Source of the DNA: a virus
Taxonomy: Duplodnaviria; Caudoviricetes
Strand: one strand, 5' to 3'
DNA: 52,210 nt
Virus record (IMG/VR): IMGVR_UViG_3300044515_000086
Location: 1-52,210 of that record
Shown: positions 19,056 to 28,124 of the stretch, in pieces
Numbering within the stretch: position 1 is the first letter of the stretch
How the letters are laid out: every line of letters starts with the position of its first letter
Translations under genes and position numbers: made by a program
The notes under the pieces: generated by a model
What the model saw: only the letters and a program-made list of their open reading frames with translations
What the model was told of the DNA's origin: nothing
Databases searched by the model: none

Positions 19056-19084
19056 ACCTTAATCTGGGCGCCGGCGAGCGTCAA
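19056..19084 (-). promoter_or_regulatory. Sigma70-type promoter upstream of the capsid leader
   Basis: TTGACG-17 bp-TAAGGT on the minus strand. Confidence 0.55.
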
Positions 19085-19113
19085 GAGCGACTTCGAGTAA
19101 TGCATCACAAATG

Positions 19114-19218
19114 TCAACGCAACGGATGCGCGTTCAGCACTGCCTGTGCGCGCTTGGCTTCCTTGCCGCCCTTCTTGACCGCCTCCTCGAGTTTCGCATG
19201 CAGGATCTTCTCGTCCAT
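19114..19218 (-). CDS. 34-aa basic peptide MDEKILHAKLEEAVKKGGKEAKRAQAVLNAHPLR
   Basis: Read manually (below the ORF-track cutoff); codon usage similar to neighbours. Confidence 0.35.
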   Translation of the reverse strand: MDEKILHAKLEEAVKKGGKEAKRAQAVLNAHPLR

Positions 19219-19244
19219 CCAGTGTTTTCAACCCATGGGCTTCT

Positions 19245-19625
19245 TTAAGCTTTTGACTTCGCGGCCGTCGGCTTCACGGGTTCCTTATCCGCTGCGGTAC
19301 GCGGTGGCCAGAACCAGCCGACGGCGCTCTCATCATCCGCTTTGACCTCAGCCATCGATTCGGCGGTGTGCGTCATGTGATCGCCCGTGAATATCTGCAC
19401 ATCGATCGAGCCATCCTCGCGCACCGCGGTGACGATGCCCGGGGCGGTACCGTGGTGTTCACGGCGCGTGATCACGATGCGGCCCATGCTCGGCAGCTGT
19501 TTGGGCTGCGATGCGGCCTGCCCTGCTTCCTGTTTCGTATCGGTGGGCGTTCCGAGGCCTGATGTGGGACTTTCGCCGGGCGCAGGGGCGCTCGCAACTT
19601 CTTGATTAGGATCGGTCATCGTCAT
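19245..19625 (-). CDS. Hypothetical phage protein
   Basis: PSMGRIV...PGIVTAV...WFWPPR pattern seen in small phage proteins; GGAG RBS. Confidence 0.65.
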   Translation of the reverse strand: MTMTDPNQEVASAPAPGESPTSGLGTPTDTKQEAGQAASQPKQLPSMGRIVITRREHHGTAPGIVTAVREDGSIDVQIFTGDHMTHTAESMAEVKADDESAVGWFWPPRTAADKEPVKPTAAKSKA

Positions 19626-19664
19626 CTCCTTCAGTTGATCAGTGTGGGAAAAAAGTGGGGAATC

Positions 19665-20747
19665 TTAAGCGGCGGTGCGCTTCTTCATGGCCTCGCGCGC
19701 ATCGATGAGCGCGCGGTACTCGGTCTGGACCTTAGGATCGGCGTAGTACTTCCGGTAGCTCTCGCTGCCTTTCTGCGCGCCCATCCAGCCCTCGATCTCG
19801 CCGATGCGCGCATCGACGCCTTTCTGATCGAGCGAGCCGCCATCACCGCCAACCGGGACGGAGTAGGGATTGACGGTGCGCGCGAGCTGCGCAAGCCAGC
19901 GCACCACTTCCGGCGTACCGACGAGCGCATTGCCATCCGGGGTGCGCGCCTGCAGGAATGCTTCCCGCACATCCGCGGGCGCGCCGTTGAGCATGCCGTG
20001 AATGTTGTTGATCTCGGCGCGGTAGTTATTGCCCCAATCCGCGCGCAGCGCATCCTCGGTCTTGGTGCGCAGCTGGCCATCCGCCTCGACGCGAGCCTCG
20101 ACCTGTCGATCCTGCTCGGCCTGGCGCACGGCGATGAGCTCGGAGGCCTGCGTCGGCGTCAAGTTCAGTTTGTGAAGCGCCGTCAAGTACGGCGTGATGA
20201 TCGCCTTATCATCATCGGTGAGCGTTTCCGCCACGTCCTTTGGCAACGCCTCGAGGTACGCCTCGGCCTTCTCCGGAATACCGTTGTCCTTGCGGAACGC
20301 CGTGATCTGCTCAGGGGTCGCATCCTTTGGGAGTACGGTCTTCGCAACCGTGGATAATTCGGCAATCCGCTGATCCGCAGCGTACGCAGAATCAAGCGCC
20401 GTCTTGATATCGGTGCGCCGTTCGGCCCATGCCTTTTTCTTATCATCGGCCCCGGCCCAGCTGCTGCGCCAATGATCGGCATCGTAGTTCGCCGAGGGGG
20501 TAGGTGCGGGTGCCGGCGCATCCGTCGGCGCCGGTGCTGCCGCGGGAGCGGGTGTCGCGCTGGGACTTGGGGCTGGCGCCGGTGTTGCCGACGGGGAAGG
20601 CGCCCCCGATGGCGACGGTGTCGGAGCGGGACTCGGCGCCGGACCAGGCGCGGGTGCTGGCGCAGGTGCGGGCGAAGGCGCTGCACTCGGGCTGGGTGCA
20701 GGAGCCGCTGCAGGGGCGGGTGCTGGTGTGGGAGCTGCTTGTGGCAT
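19665..20747 (-). CDS. Capsid scaffolding protein
   Basis: Between portal and capsid. Pro/Ala N-terminus; LRADWGNNY motif. Confidence 0.8.
   Translation of the reverse strand: MPQAAPTPAPAPAAAPAPSPSAAPSPAPAPAPAPGPAPSPAPTPSPSGAPSPSATPAPAPSPSATPAPAAAPAPTDAPAPAPTPSANYDADHWRSSWAGADDKKKAWAERRTDIKTALDSAYAADQRIAELSTVAKTVLPKDATPEQITAFRKDNGIPEKAEAYLEALPKDVAETLTDDDKAIITPYLTALHKLNLTPTQASELIAVRQAEQDRQVEARVEADGQLRTKTEDALRADWGNNYRAEINNIHGMLNGAPADVREAFLQARTPDGNALVGTPEVVRWLAQLARTVNPYSVPVGGDGGSLDQKGVDARIGEIEGWMGAQKGSESYRKYYADPKVQTEYRALIDAREAMKKRTAA
20495..20745 (-). repeat. Low-complexity (PA/PS)n coding repeat
   Basis: APAPAPSPSA-type repeats covering about the first 85 codons of the scaffold gene. Confidence 0.85.
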
Positions 20748-20750
20748 GTT

Positions 20751-21095
20751 CTATTGTTCCTTCGGAGTCTCGCCCTGTTCTGTTGTCTTGCCGCGCAACC
20801 GGGCGATGTTGAGCTGCGCAAACTTCACCATCTGTAATCCAACGAAGCGTTTGCCTTCGGCGAACGCGGTGTCGCGATCACTCGTCGGCCGATACGAGAG
20901 GTCATACGTGCCGCACACCTGATGCACGATGAAGTTCATCGCGCGCCGTTGCTGCTCCTCGCTCGCGCGCCCCGTCATGACGGCCTGCACCGAATAGGCA
21001 TCCTCCGGCTCCCACTCGGCCGGCTTCCAAGGTTCTGCGCGCGGCACATTCGGGATGCGGCCGCGGGCAGTACGCTGCTGCGTCGGCGGCTTCAT
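20751..21095 (-). CDS. Portal-adjacent conserved protein (Bbp19-like)
   Basis: DTAFAEGKRFVGLQM motif; synteny. Confidence 0.7.
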   Translation of the reverse strand: MKPPTQQRTARGRIPNVPRAEPWKPAEWEPEDAYSVQAVMTGRASEEQQRRAMNFIVHQVCGTYDLSYRPTSDRDTAFAEGKRFVGLQMVKFAQLNIARLRGKTTEQGETPKEQ

Positions 21096-21361
21096 GCGGC
21101 GGGTGGCTTGGAGGAGGAAAAATCCTCATCGACGCCGGAACCTGCTGTCATGACATCCAGCCCGCGATGTAGCCATCCGGTTGCCTCGAGTGCCGAGGTG
21201 CGCTCCCCGAATCCGCGCACGCACACGAAACCATCCGCATAGCCGACAACAACGATCGCGGTACGCAGTTCACCGGACCGGCGTTCGTATTCGGCCGCCA
21301 TCTCGCGCAATTTTGCCGGTACATCGAGGAGTGAGACACGCTTGATCTCGTGAAGACTCAT
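21092..21361 (-). CDS. Hypothetical protein
   Basis: 89 aa; 4-bp overlaps with both neighbours. Confidence 0.6.
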   Translation of the reverse strand: MSLHEIKRVSLLDVPAKLREMAAEYERRSGELRTAIVVVGYADGFVCVRGFGERTSALEATGWLHRGLDVMTAGSGVDEDFSSSKPPAA

Positions 21362-23025
21362 CCGATACCGCCCGCCGGTGCGCCCTGGAAGCTCTTAACC
21401 GCCGCGCCCATGGACTGCGCAGCGTTTCCGGCATTTTGAATCTGCTGCGTGCGCAACGCCTGATTCTGTTGCTGCTGCTTCGCTTGCGCGATCTGGGCCA
21501 CTTCCTCAGGATCCCTAAGCCACGTCGCCGGCACGCCCACTCCGGTGAGTGCATCGCGCAAGGCATCCGAGGCATTAAGCTCAGCTCCGACATTCGGATC
21601 GAGCTGTACCGCGGCGCCGATGAGCTGCGCGGCCTGCAGCAGCAGCGCGCCCTTCTTGCGCTCGGTCGCCTGGTGCAGCGGGGACTCAAACCGAAACTTC
21701 ACGTTCTGGCCGCGCACCGATTGCGGGATGTCGCGATAGCTGCCAAAGGCATTCTGGTTGAACAACGCCTCGAACGTATCCTCGCACAGCGCCGCGTTGT
21801 ACTCGGTCTCAACGGGCTCAAAGAGCGGCAGCGCCGAGCGGATCCACTCCTGGATGCGTTGTCCGGTTTCATACGCGGTCATGTCGCGATCGGGCGCCGG
21901 CAGCGCGAGCTTGTTGAGGTAGAAGGCCTCCGACAGTTTCTCGCGCGCATCTTTCAGCATTTCCATGCCGGCGGGCAGTCCCCCGGTTGAGAGCTGGATC
22001 GGGCGCAGTGCTTCGCCCAAGCGCTCATCGTATTCGGCATCGACCCAGGTGATGCCGCCGGAATACAGCGCGACGTCCGAACGAATCGCTTCCTGCGTCG
22101 CGATCAACGGCGGCCGCACACTGTTCTCGCCCGCCTCCATCAAGGTGAGCGTCATCGCTTGAAGCAAGCGCGCATCGGGAAGCCCGGCCACGGCCGCCGG
22201 CGAGTAGGCCCACTGGGAACCTGACACCGTCTCCCAACGCGGGATGGTGTAGATGCGCGAGAAGCTGGCCGATTCCTCGAGCACTGCGCCGTTCTCCAAG
22301 TCGACGTAGATCTGCACCCACGGTGTGCGGTACTTGAGCGGCTTATCCTGACCCGGACCTGCGACGCGATCGTAATCCTCGCCCGGGATTACGGCGTGCA
22401 TGCAGCGCACCTCGCGATGCGGCTCGGTCTTGACCCAATTGTCGATCGCCTTCGGGTAGGTCTTCGGAAAGCGCTTGATGAGCTCCGCGCCGCTCGGATT
22501 CCACCAGCGATACACCTCACCGATCGAGCCGTCGTATTTTTCGGCCCACACCGTATCTTTCAGATGCCATGACCGGTACAGGAGGCGCAGCTCCTTCATG
22601 TCGGTCTCGCGCGTGATCACGGCGTTGCCGAACGTGGCGAAATCCCCGTCGGCTTCCTTGGTGGCGCGCGCGAACTGAGCCTTGTTGTCGTACATCGCAG
22701 CGCGCTGCACCTTGGTTGCCCACTCGAGCCACGCCCGTCCACGCCGATCGAGGCGCTCCTCCCGATCGATAGTCATCTCGAACCAGTCCTGATCGCGCGG
22801 CCGCAGCATCGCGGAGAACGTGTTCTTCAATTCCCTGGCGACGATCAATGGGTAGCTCGTTAGCTGGATATCCATGAACTGCTCGGACAGGTAGAACTGC
22901 CGGGTGAACTGTGCGCGCAGCGGGTGAAACTGTTCGGCGAGCTCCTGCCAGAACGGCAGCAGCGCCATGCGCTTGCCGCGCAGCGAGTCGGCGCGGCGCT
23001 CTAGCGTATCGACGGGTTCTGCCAT
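21358..23025 (-). CDS. Portal (T7-type head-tail connector)
   Basis: 555 aa. DFATFGNAV, PRWETVSGSQWAYSP and MTAYE motifs. Confidence 0.9.
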   Translation of the reverse strand: MAEPVDTLERRADSLRGKRMALLPFWQELAEQFHPLRAQFTRQFYLSEQFMDIQLTSYPLIVARELKNTFSAMLRPRDQDWFEMTIDREERLDRRGRAWLEWATKVQRAAMYDNKAQFARATKEADGDFATFGNAVITRETDMKELRLLYRSWHLKDTVWAEKYDGSIGEVYRWWNPSGAELIKRFPKTYPKAIDNWVKTEPHREVRCMHAVIPGEDYDRVAGPGQDKPLKYRTPWVQIYVDLENGAVLEESASFSRIYTIPRWETVSGSQWAYSPAAVAGLPDARLLQAMTLTLMEAGENSVRPPLIATQEAIRSDVALYSGGITWVDAEYDERLGEALRPIQLSTGGLPAGMEMLKDAREKLSEAFYLNKLALPAPDRDMTAYETGQRIQEWIRSALPLFEPVETEYNAALCEDTFEALFNQNAFGSYRDIPQSVRGQNVKFRFESPLHQATERKKGALLLQAAQLIGAAVQLDPNVGAELNASDALRDALTGVGVPATWLRDPEEVAQIAQAKQQQQNQALRTQQIQNAGNAAQSMGAAVKSFQGAPAGGIG

Positions 23026-23026
23026 G

Positions 23027-23299
23027 TCAGGGCCCGAGCTTATCGCCCGTCGTATTCGCGGCGCCGGTGTTGGTGAGCACGGTCGAGGTGCGACCGTAGC
23101 GAAGCGCAGCGTCTTTCGATTCCTGCAGCGTCTGCGCCTGGGTGAGTGTCGCCTGATCTGGCATCACGGGCGGTGGCCCAGGCGCGAGCGGCGAATTGAT
23201 CCCGATCGAGCCTTTCACGTCGGAGCCTTTCCACGGATTCTTGCCCGTGATTGCCATACCGCCGCCGATGACAAGTGCGCCGACTGCTGCCATACCCAT
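23027..23299 (-). CDS. Small virion-associated protein preceding the portal
   Basis: PPPVMPD...GRTSTVLT...LG pattern. Confidence 0.65.
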   Translation of the reverse strand: MGMAAVGALVIGGGMAITGKNPWKGSDVKGSIGINSPLAPGPPPVMPDQATLTQAQTLQESKDAALRYGRTSTVLTNTGAANTTGDKLGP

Positions 23300-23311
23300 G
23301 AGAGGTGCCTC

Positions 23312-23494
23312 CTATTTACCCAGAATCGAGGTGGGCGCGACGAGCGCGGCGTGATTCGGTACGCCCTTCTTCGTGCGCTTCATCGAACGCCCGCGCTGAT
23401 GCGGGTTCAACTTCGCGAGTGCGCCGGGCGCTAAATCCTGAAGCGGGGTATCGGGATGCAGCGGCATGCCGGCGGACACGTTATGTTTTGCCAT
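23312..23494 (-). CDS. Small basic hypothetical protein
   Basis: 60 aa, in operon. Confidence 0.5.
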   Translation of the reverse strand: MAKHNVSAGMPLHPDTPLQDLAPGALAKLNPHQRGRSMKRTKKGVPNHAALVAPTSILGK

Positions 23495-23499
23495 GGCGC

Positions 23500-25104
23500 T
23501 TACCTCTTGCCCGGTCGATGACGGGGACCTAAATCAATCTTGAAACCACCGCCAGGTCCTGCGCGATGTCCACGTTGGGGGATGTACTGCTCGCGCCCGA
23601 ATTGCCCGGGCCCAGCCATCGGAGCTAAACCTCGAAGCCCAGCGCTCCAGGCGAGCACCACCGCATCGCCTTTGTCGGGCGAATGACCCAAGAGCTTCAC
23701 GACCTCGTCCTTCTCGAGGACCTTGATGCCGCGAGCGACCACCTCGTAGGTGAGCACGGTCAGATCGCTTACGAGCTCTGGGTCCGGCGGCAACGCGATG
23801 GGCGAGCCGCCTAACTGATCCGGATCCAGGGCTTCGCGAAACAGCCAGTACACTTCCGAGCGCTTGTTGACGAAGGCGAGCTTTTTATCTCGCGTACGCT
23901 TCATCGATTTGTTGGCGCCCTTGTGCACCTGCACCGGGATCTCGTTCTCAACCAGGGTCGTGTACGTGCCGCCGCCGTAGCCGCCGCCCATGTCGAGCAC
24001 GATGTCGGCCGAGTCGCGTCGAGCTGCGACCACGTGCCCCGCGCCTTGGGATCCGAGTTTGACCTCGATGCCAGGAATGCATTTCAACGGCGCATACCAG
24101 CCATCATTGCGGGTCGCGATCGTGAAGCGATCTTTGCCGCCCTCCGCCGGATCCACGCCCAGCGCACACATCGGCACGCCTTGCGGCGGCTGCGCTGTCC
24201 AACGCTTTTGCGCCTCCAGCACCCAGCCGGTCGGGACCACTTGGAAGGGGTGATCTTTCAGTGCCTTGTCGAACCGGCCGCCCCGATACGCATCGCGCAG
24301 CTCCTTGGGCAACTGCGCGAGCGTCGCATCGTACTCATCGCGATCCAGGTCCGGATTATCCTCAAGCCGCGCGCGAATGAAGGTGCGGCTCTTGGCGTAG
24401 GTTTCCTTCCCATCCACCACGTAAGGCCCGGGTCCATCGACGTCGATCTCGGTGTCATCGTCCTGGCGCAGATACCAGCGCAGCTCGCCGTCCTTGGCCG
24501 GGTTTGGATGACGCGGGTCGAGCCACGCACTCCACCGCTTAATGACCCACAGGCCTTTCGCTCTGGTCGGCGGATTCCCGGTGCAGACGATGCGGGAGCG
24601 CTGCCCGGGGTAGGTCGAGCGGTTCCACCCGGTGACGAACAGGTACTGGCTCTCCGTGAAATCAGGGATCTCATCGAAGCCGTAGAAGTCGCGCGCCTTG
24701 CCCTTGTGGTGCTCTTTGTCCTTCTCGTTAGGTAACCCAAAGAAATTGAAGCGCTGCTCACCGCTGCGCCAAGTCGCCTGCTGATCGTTCCAGCCACTCG
24801 TCGAGCCCACGATCTCGCACAGTCGAGTCCCTAAGGCCCGGGCATCATCCTTGAACTCGCGAAAGATGCTCGCCTGCCTGTGATCGTTGAGCGCAAGTCC
24901 CAACACCAGATCCGACTTGCCCCCGCCGGCCTCGCCGCCGTAGTACAGCTCATCCGCTTCGGAGTAGTACGCTTCCGTCTGCGGTCCTGGGTTTGGAACC
25001 CAGCGCAGGTGCGCGGTGGCATCGAGCGCCTCCTCCTCGAGCTTCGCGCGCGCCGCCGGCGGCAGCCCCTCAAGTGCCTGCAGGATCTGCTCGAGCTGCT
25101 GCAT
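23500..25104 (-). CDS. terL: Terminase large subunit
   Basis: GGEAGGGKS (Walker A), YGFDE (Walker B), TGNPP, nuclease LGVDPAEGGKD and SPDKGDA. Confidence 0.95.
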   Translation of the reverse strand: MQQLEQILQALEGLPPAARAKLEEEALDATAHLRWVPNPGPQTEAYYSEADELYYGGEAGGGKSDLVLGLALNDHRQASIFREFKDDARALGTRLCEIVGSTSGWNDQQATWRSGEQRFNFFGLPNEKDKEHHKGKARDFYGFDEIPDFTESQYLFVTGWNRSTYPGQRSRIVCTGNPPTRAKGLWVIKRWSAWLDPRHPNPAKDGELRWYLRQDDDTEIDVDGPGPYVVDGKETYAKSRTFIRARLEDNPDLDRDEYDATLAQLPKELRDAYRGGRFDKALKDHPFQVVPTGWVLEAQKRWTAQPPQGVPMCALGVDPAEGGKDRFTIATRNDGWYAPLKCIPGIEVKLGSQGAGHVVAARRDSADIVLDMGGGYGGGTYTTLVENEIPVQVHKGANKSMKRTRDKKLAFVNKRSEVYWLFREALDPDQLGGSPIALPPDPELVSDLTVLTYEVVARGIKVLEKDEVVKLLGHSPDKGDAVVLAWSAGLRGLAPMAGPGQFGREQYIPQRGHRAGPGGGFKIDLGPRHRPGKR

Positions 25105-25127
25105 GGATTTCAGCGGTTCTTGCGCTT

Positions 25128-25274
25128 CTAAGCTTTGGCGAGCGCGTTCTTTTTGCGGCGCTTATCGACACGACGCGCGAACGCCACGCTCTCCATCGTG
25201 ACGTCGCGTTGCTGAATCTTCTCGTGGAGCGCGACGCGGTCAGAGACCCGCGCCGGCTGCAAGGCAGGACTCAT
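25128..25274 (-). CDS. 48-aa basic peptide
   Basis: Read manually: MSPALQPARV...DKRRKKNALAKA, coupled to the upstream stop. Confidence 0.4.
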   Translation of the reverse strand: MSPALQPARVSDRVALHEKIQQRDVTMESVAFARRVDKRRKKNALAKA

Positions 25275-26086
25275 CAGATGCGATTCATCGAAGCCATGAG
25301 GTAGTCGGCCACGATGTTCTTGGAAGCGGCGATGCGATCAAACGCTGCAACCACCGGTGCCAAGGCCACCGTCGGGGTCACGGCATTCGCCATGGTGGCG
25401 CCGACCTGGATGCCGTTGCGGAAGAAGGTCGCGTTGCCAAGCTGATCGACGCTAATCGCCAGCTGATCATAGGTGTTGGCTACCGGCAAGAACCCGCTGT
25501 TCTGACCTGCCGCTAGGGCTCCGGCCTTGTTGCCAATCATCCACCAGCCCGGGGTCGTCATGGTGGTGTCGTACAGGAACCCCACCGCATCGGCCGCGTT
25601 GCCGGTAAAGCCGTTGCCGCCGCCCGCGCCTTGGATCGGCATCTGCAGCGCCGCGACTTGATTGGTAAAGCCTGCGAAGAGCGTGAGGCCCGTGATCAAC
25701 GATGTCTGTACACGCACATTGAACTCGAGGTTGTTGCTGGAGGCTGCGGCCCCTGCGCCTTGGGCTTTGAGGTTCAGGTGCGAGGTGATCTGAATCCCGG
25801 AGCCTGCCATCGTGGTGGTGGTCGCACCCGTGGTGCCCAAGACCGTGCCGCCGATTCCGCCGTTGCAGGCGAAATTCGCGGCGGCCGCATCAGTACCCTT
25901 GAGCACGCTCCAGGTGCCCAAAAGGGTGGCGCCGTCAAAGTCATCGAAATTGACGTAATTGTTGGTGTCGCCTTGCGGCATTTGATTGCCCCAGGGACCG
26001 GTGATGATGCCCTGCTGGGCCATCACTCGAAAGTCGTCGACCGTGCCGACGTACTGGCCATAGATCGATCGTAGAACTCGCTTCAT
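25274..26086 (-). CDS. Beta-rich putative virion structural protein
   Basis: 270 aa, Gly/Thr/Ala-rich, FDDFDG motif; GGAG RBS. Confidence 0.6.
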   Translation of the reverse strand: MKRVLRSIYGQYVGTVDDFRVMAQQGIITGPWGNQMPQGDTNNYVNFDDFDGATLLGTWSVLKGTDAAAANFACNGGIGGTVLGTTGATTTTMAGSGIQITSHLNLKAQGAGAAASSNNLEFNVRVQTSLITGLTLFAGFTNQVAALQMPIQGAGGGNGFTGNAADAVGFLYDTTMTTPGWWMIGNKAGALAAGQNSGFLPVANTYDQLAISVDQLGNATFFRNGIQVGATMANAVTPTVALAPVVAAFDRIAASKNIVADYLMASMNRI

Positions 26087-26134
26087 GGGAAAAGTCTCCT
26101 GCTTGTTGCTGATTTGCTGGTGGAGAACATCGAA

Positions 26135-26734
26135 CTATCCGGCATCGCCGGAAACTGGATCTTCGTCGGTAAGGACGGTTGCTGGCGGTTGCGCGCGCAG
26201 GCCTTGAGCCAACAGGTGCGCGATGCGCCGCGCCTTCTCAAGATCCGAAACCTCGTGCGCCTCGGTTTGAATCGGACCGCCGTCCTTGCCCTGGTGCTCA
26301 TGCACCTCGGTGAAGAGTTTCAAGTACTGGCCGAGCATGCGCAGGCCATCGACCTTCGCGAGACGCAAATTTTTAATCGAGCCGTCCGCGTTGAATTCGA
26401 CGCTTTGCGCGCCGGCCAGTAACTCTGGGGGCAGATCCTTGAAGGCCAGCGGCTTACCGTCCTCGCCGCGCAGCAGCCTCAAGTTCGCATACGCGAGGAG
26501 CGCCATCTCCTCGAGCACCCGCACATGACGCACGCCTGCCTTCGCAATCGCCTGCTCGGTGCGCTCGACGATCGCCGCCTTGACCTCAGGATTGGCGAGG
26601 ATCTTGGCGGATGCGGTGTCCGGCCGCTTGCCGGCGTAACCGCTCTCGATGGCCGCGGCGCTCGCTACACCGGTGCGCACGAAAGCATCGACGAAGAGCT
26701 GACGGCGCCGGCGCAGCTTCGCGTAGGCCGACAC
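26135..26734 (-). CDS. terS: Terminase small subunit
   Basis: FVDAFVRTGVASAAAIESGY...ILANPEVKAAI; HEHQGKDGGPIQ. Confidence 0.9.
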   Translation of the reverse strand: MSAYAKLRRRRQLFVDAFVRTGVASAAAIESGYAGKRPDTASAKILANPEVKAAIVERTEQAIAKAGVRHVRVLEEMALLAYANLRLLRGEDGKPLAFKDLPPELLAGAQSVEFNADGSIKNLRLAKVDGLRMLGQYLKLFTEVHEHQGKDGGPIQTEAHEVSDLEKARRIAHLLAQGLRAQPPATVLTDEDPVSGDAG

Positions 26735-26741
26735 GTAGCGC

Positions 26742-27308
26742 TTACGTCTGGGCTGACTTCGCGAGATTCGCGAGCGTGACGTCTTTCGCCTGGCTGCCGC
26801 TCGAGCTGCCGAAGTAGTACCCGAGAATGAGCATCAGCGCGGAATCGAGCGTGCCTAAGATGCGTCCGAGCACAACCCCGTCGATGCCTTTAGGTTGCCC
26901 CACGAAGAACATGCTGCCCTCGGCAACGAGCACCAGAATGATCACGACATAGGCGATGATCTTTGGCGTCGCATCCTTGACTACCATTTCGCGGCCGCGC
27001 GCACTCGCGGTATCCGCGTAGGCGAGCTGCTCCTCCTGCACGCCTAAGTCCGCCATGTGCTTTTGCAGATCCGCCTCGACCTGCTTGATCGCGAGCAGCG
27101 TTTGCGGGTCTCCCCCTAAAATGGCGCTCTCGATTTCCTTCTGTGTCGCGGGCGCGGGATTGCCGGACGCATCCTTTTTGCCGATGACCGCGCCGATGCC
27201 TTTGGCGAGCAGACTGCCGGCGAGGCCACCTAAGGGACCGCCGAGCGCCGTGCCTAAAGTGGGCGCCAGCGTACTAACGACACTCAAGGCCTCTTGGATG
27301 AGATTCAT
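26742..27308 (-). CDS. Holin-like membrane protein (3TM type)
   Basis: APTLGTALGGPLGG, DTASARGRE and GYYFGSSSGS motifs. Confidence 0.7.
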   Translation of the reverse strand: MNLIQEALSVVSTLAPTLGTALGGPLGGLAGSLLAKGIGAVIGKKDASGNPAPATQKEIESAILGGDPQTLLAIKQVEADLQKHMADLGVQEEQLAYADTASARGREMVVKDATPKIIAYVVIILVLVAEGSMFFVGQPKGIDGVVLGRILGTLDSALMLILGYYFGSSSGSQAKDVTLANLAKSAQT

Positions 27309-27325
27309 AAACCTTTTGACTCCTG

Positions 27326-28120
27326 TCAGCCCGGGATCACTTCGACCGTCATCGAGTCGAGGATCAGGTAATCGGTCGCGACCGAGGTCTGCAGAATCGC
27401 CTGCAGCGTTTGCGTAGCGCCGGTGTTGATCGCGAAGAGTTTCTGTGCGCCCGTGGCCGCGCCGAGCAAACCAGCGCTCTGCACCACTTGGGCGTTAGCA
27501 ACGCCGCTGTTGGTCAATTCGTTGGCGGCGACATAGGCGAGCGTCGTGGCAGTGGCCTCCGTGTGTCCCAATACGTTTTGCGTGCCGTACTGGATGATCA
27601 TGATTTTGTTGTTGACGTTGCCCGGGCAGCCCCACTGCGACCAGATTCGCAAGGTCCCGTTCGCGCCCATCGAACCGCCGGGAACGCTGTAGTTGGGGCC
27701 AACCTGCGAGGTGATGACGCCCGTATACGCGCCGGGCCCGGTCGTCGCAAACGCTATCGGGCTCGAGGGGATGTTCGGTTGCCCACTCACGTAGGTGTTG
27801 TTGAACACCGTGCCCACTGTCGCGGATGAGAACTGCGTGAAATACCAGCCAGCACTTGAACCAGCTGAAACGGCGGAGGCGGGCAAGAACAGATAGGCGT
27901 TTGGATACGTGACGGGAAGCGCGGTGCCTAACGTGATGGCGCCGTTGTTCGCCATCGAGCCCGTGGGCGAGATGATGAAGGGGATTGCGCTGGATGCGAA
28001 TTTGCGCACTCCGGGGACGGAGCTCACACCGGAACCGGAGATCTGCCCATGCAGGGAATTGACGGCGACGACGCTCACCAGGAGCGCGGCGAGAAGTCTT
28101 AAAGGTTTTGGGAAGCGCAT
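27326..28120 (-). CDS. Beta-rich protein with signal-peptide-like N-terminus
   Basis: MRFPKPLRLLAALLVSVVAVNSLHG-Q; Ser/Thr/Gly-rich body. Confidence 0.65.
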   Translation of the reverse strand: MRFPKPLRLLAALLVSVVAVNSLHGQISGSGVSSVPGVRKFASSAIPFIISPTGSMANNGAITLGTALPVTYPNAYLFLPASAVSAGSSAGWYFTQFSSATVGTVFNNTYVSGQPNIPSSPIAFATTGPGAYTGVITSQVGPNYSVPGGSMGANGTLRIWSQWGCPGNVNNKIMIIQYGTQNVLGHTEATATTLAYVAANELTNSGVANAQVVQSAGLLGAATGAQKLFAINTGATQTLQAILQTSVATDYLILDSMTVEVIPG

Positions 28121-28124
28121 CGCG

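Noticed and set aside
20495-20745. Pro/Ala repeat as a novel repeat element
   Set aside because: Ordinary low-complexity disordered N-terminus of a scaffolding protein.
25110-25130. In-frame TAG followed by KRKNR-stop, suggesting stop-codon recoding
   Set aside because: Isolated case; TAG is a normal stop elsewhere (for example the RT gene) and long genes are uninterrupted.
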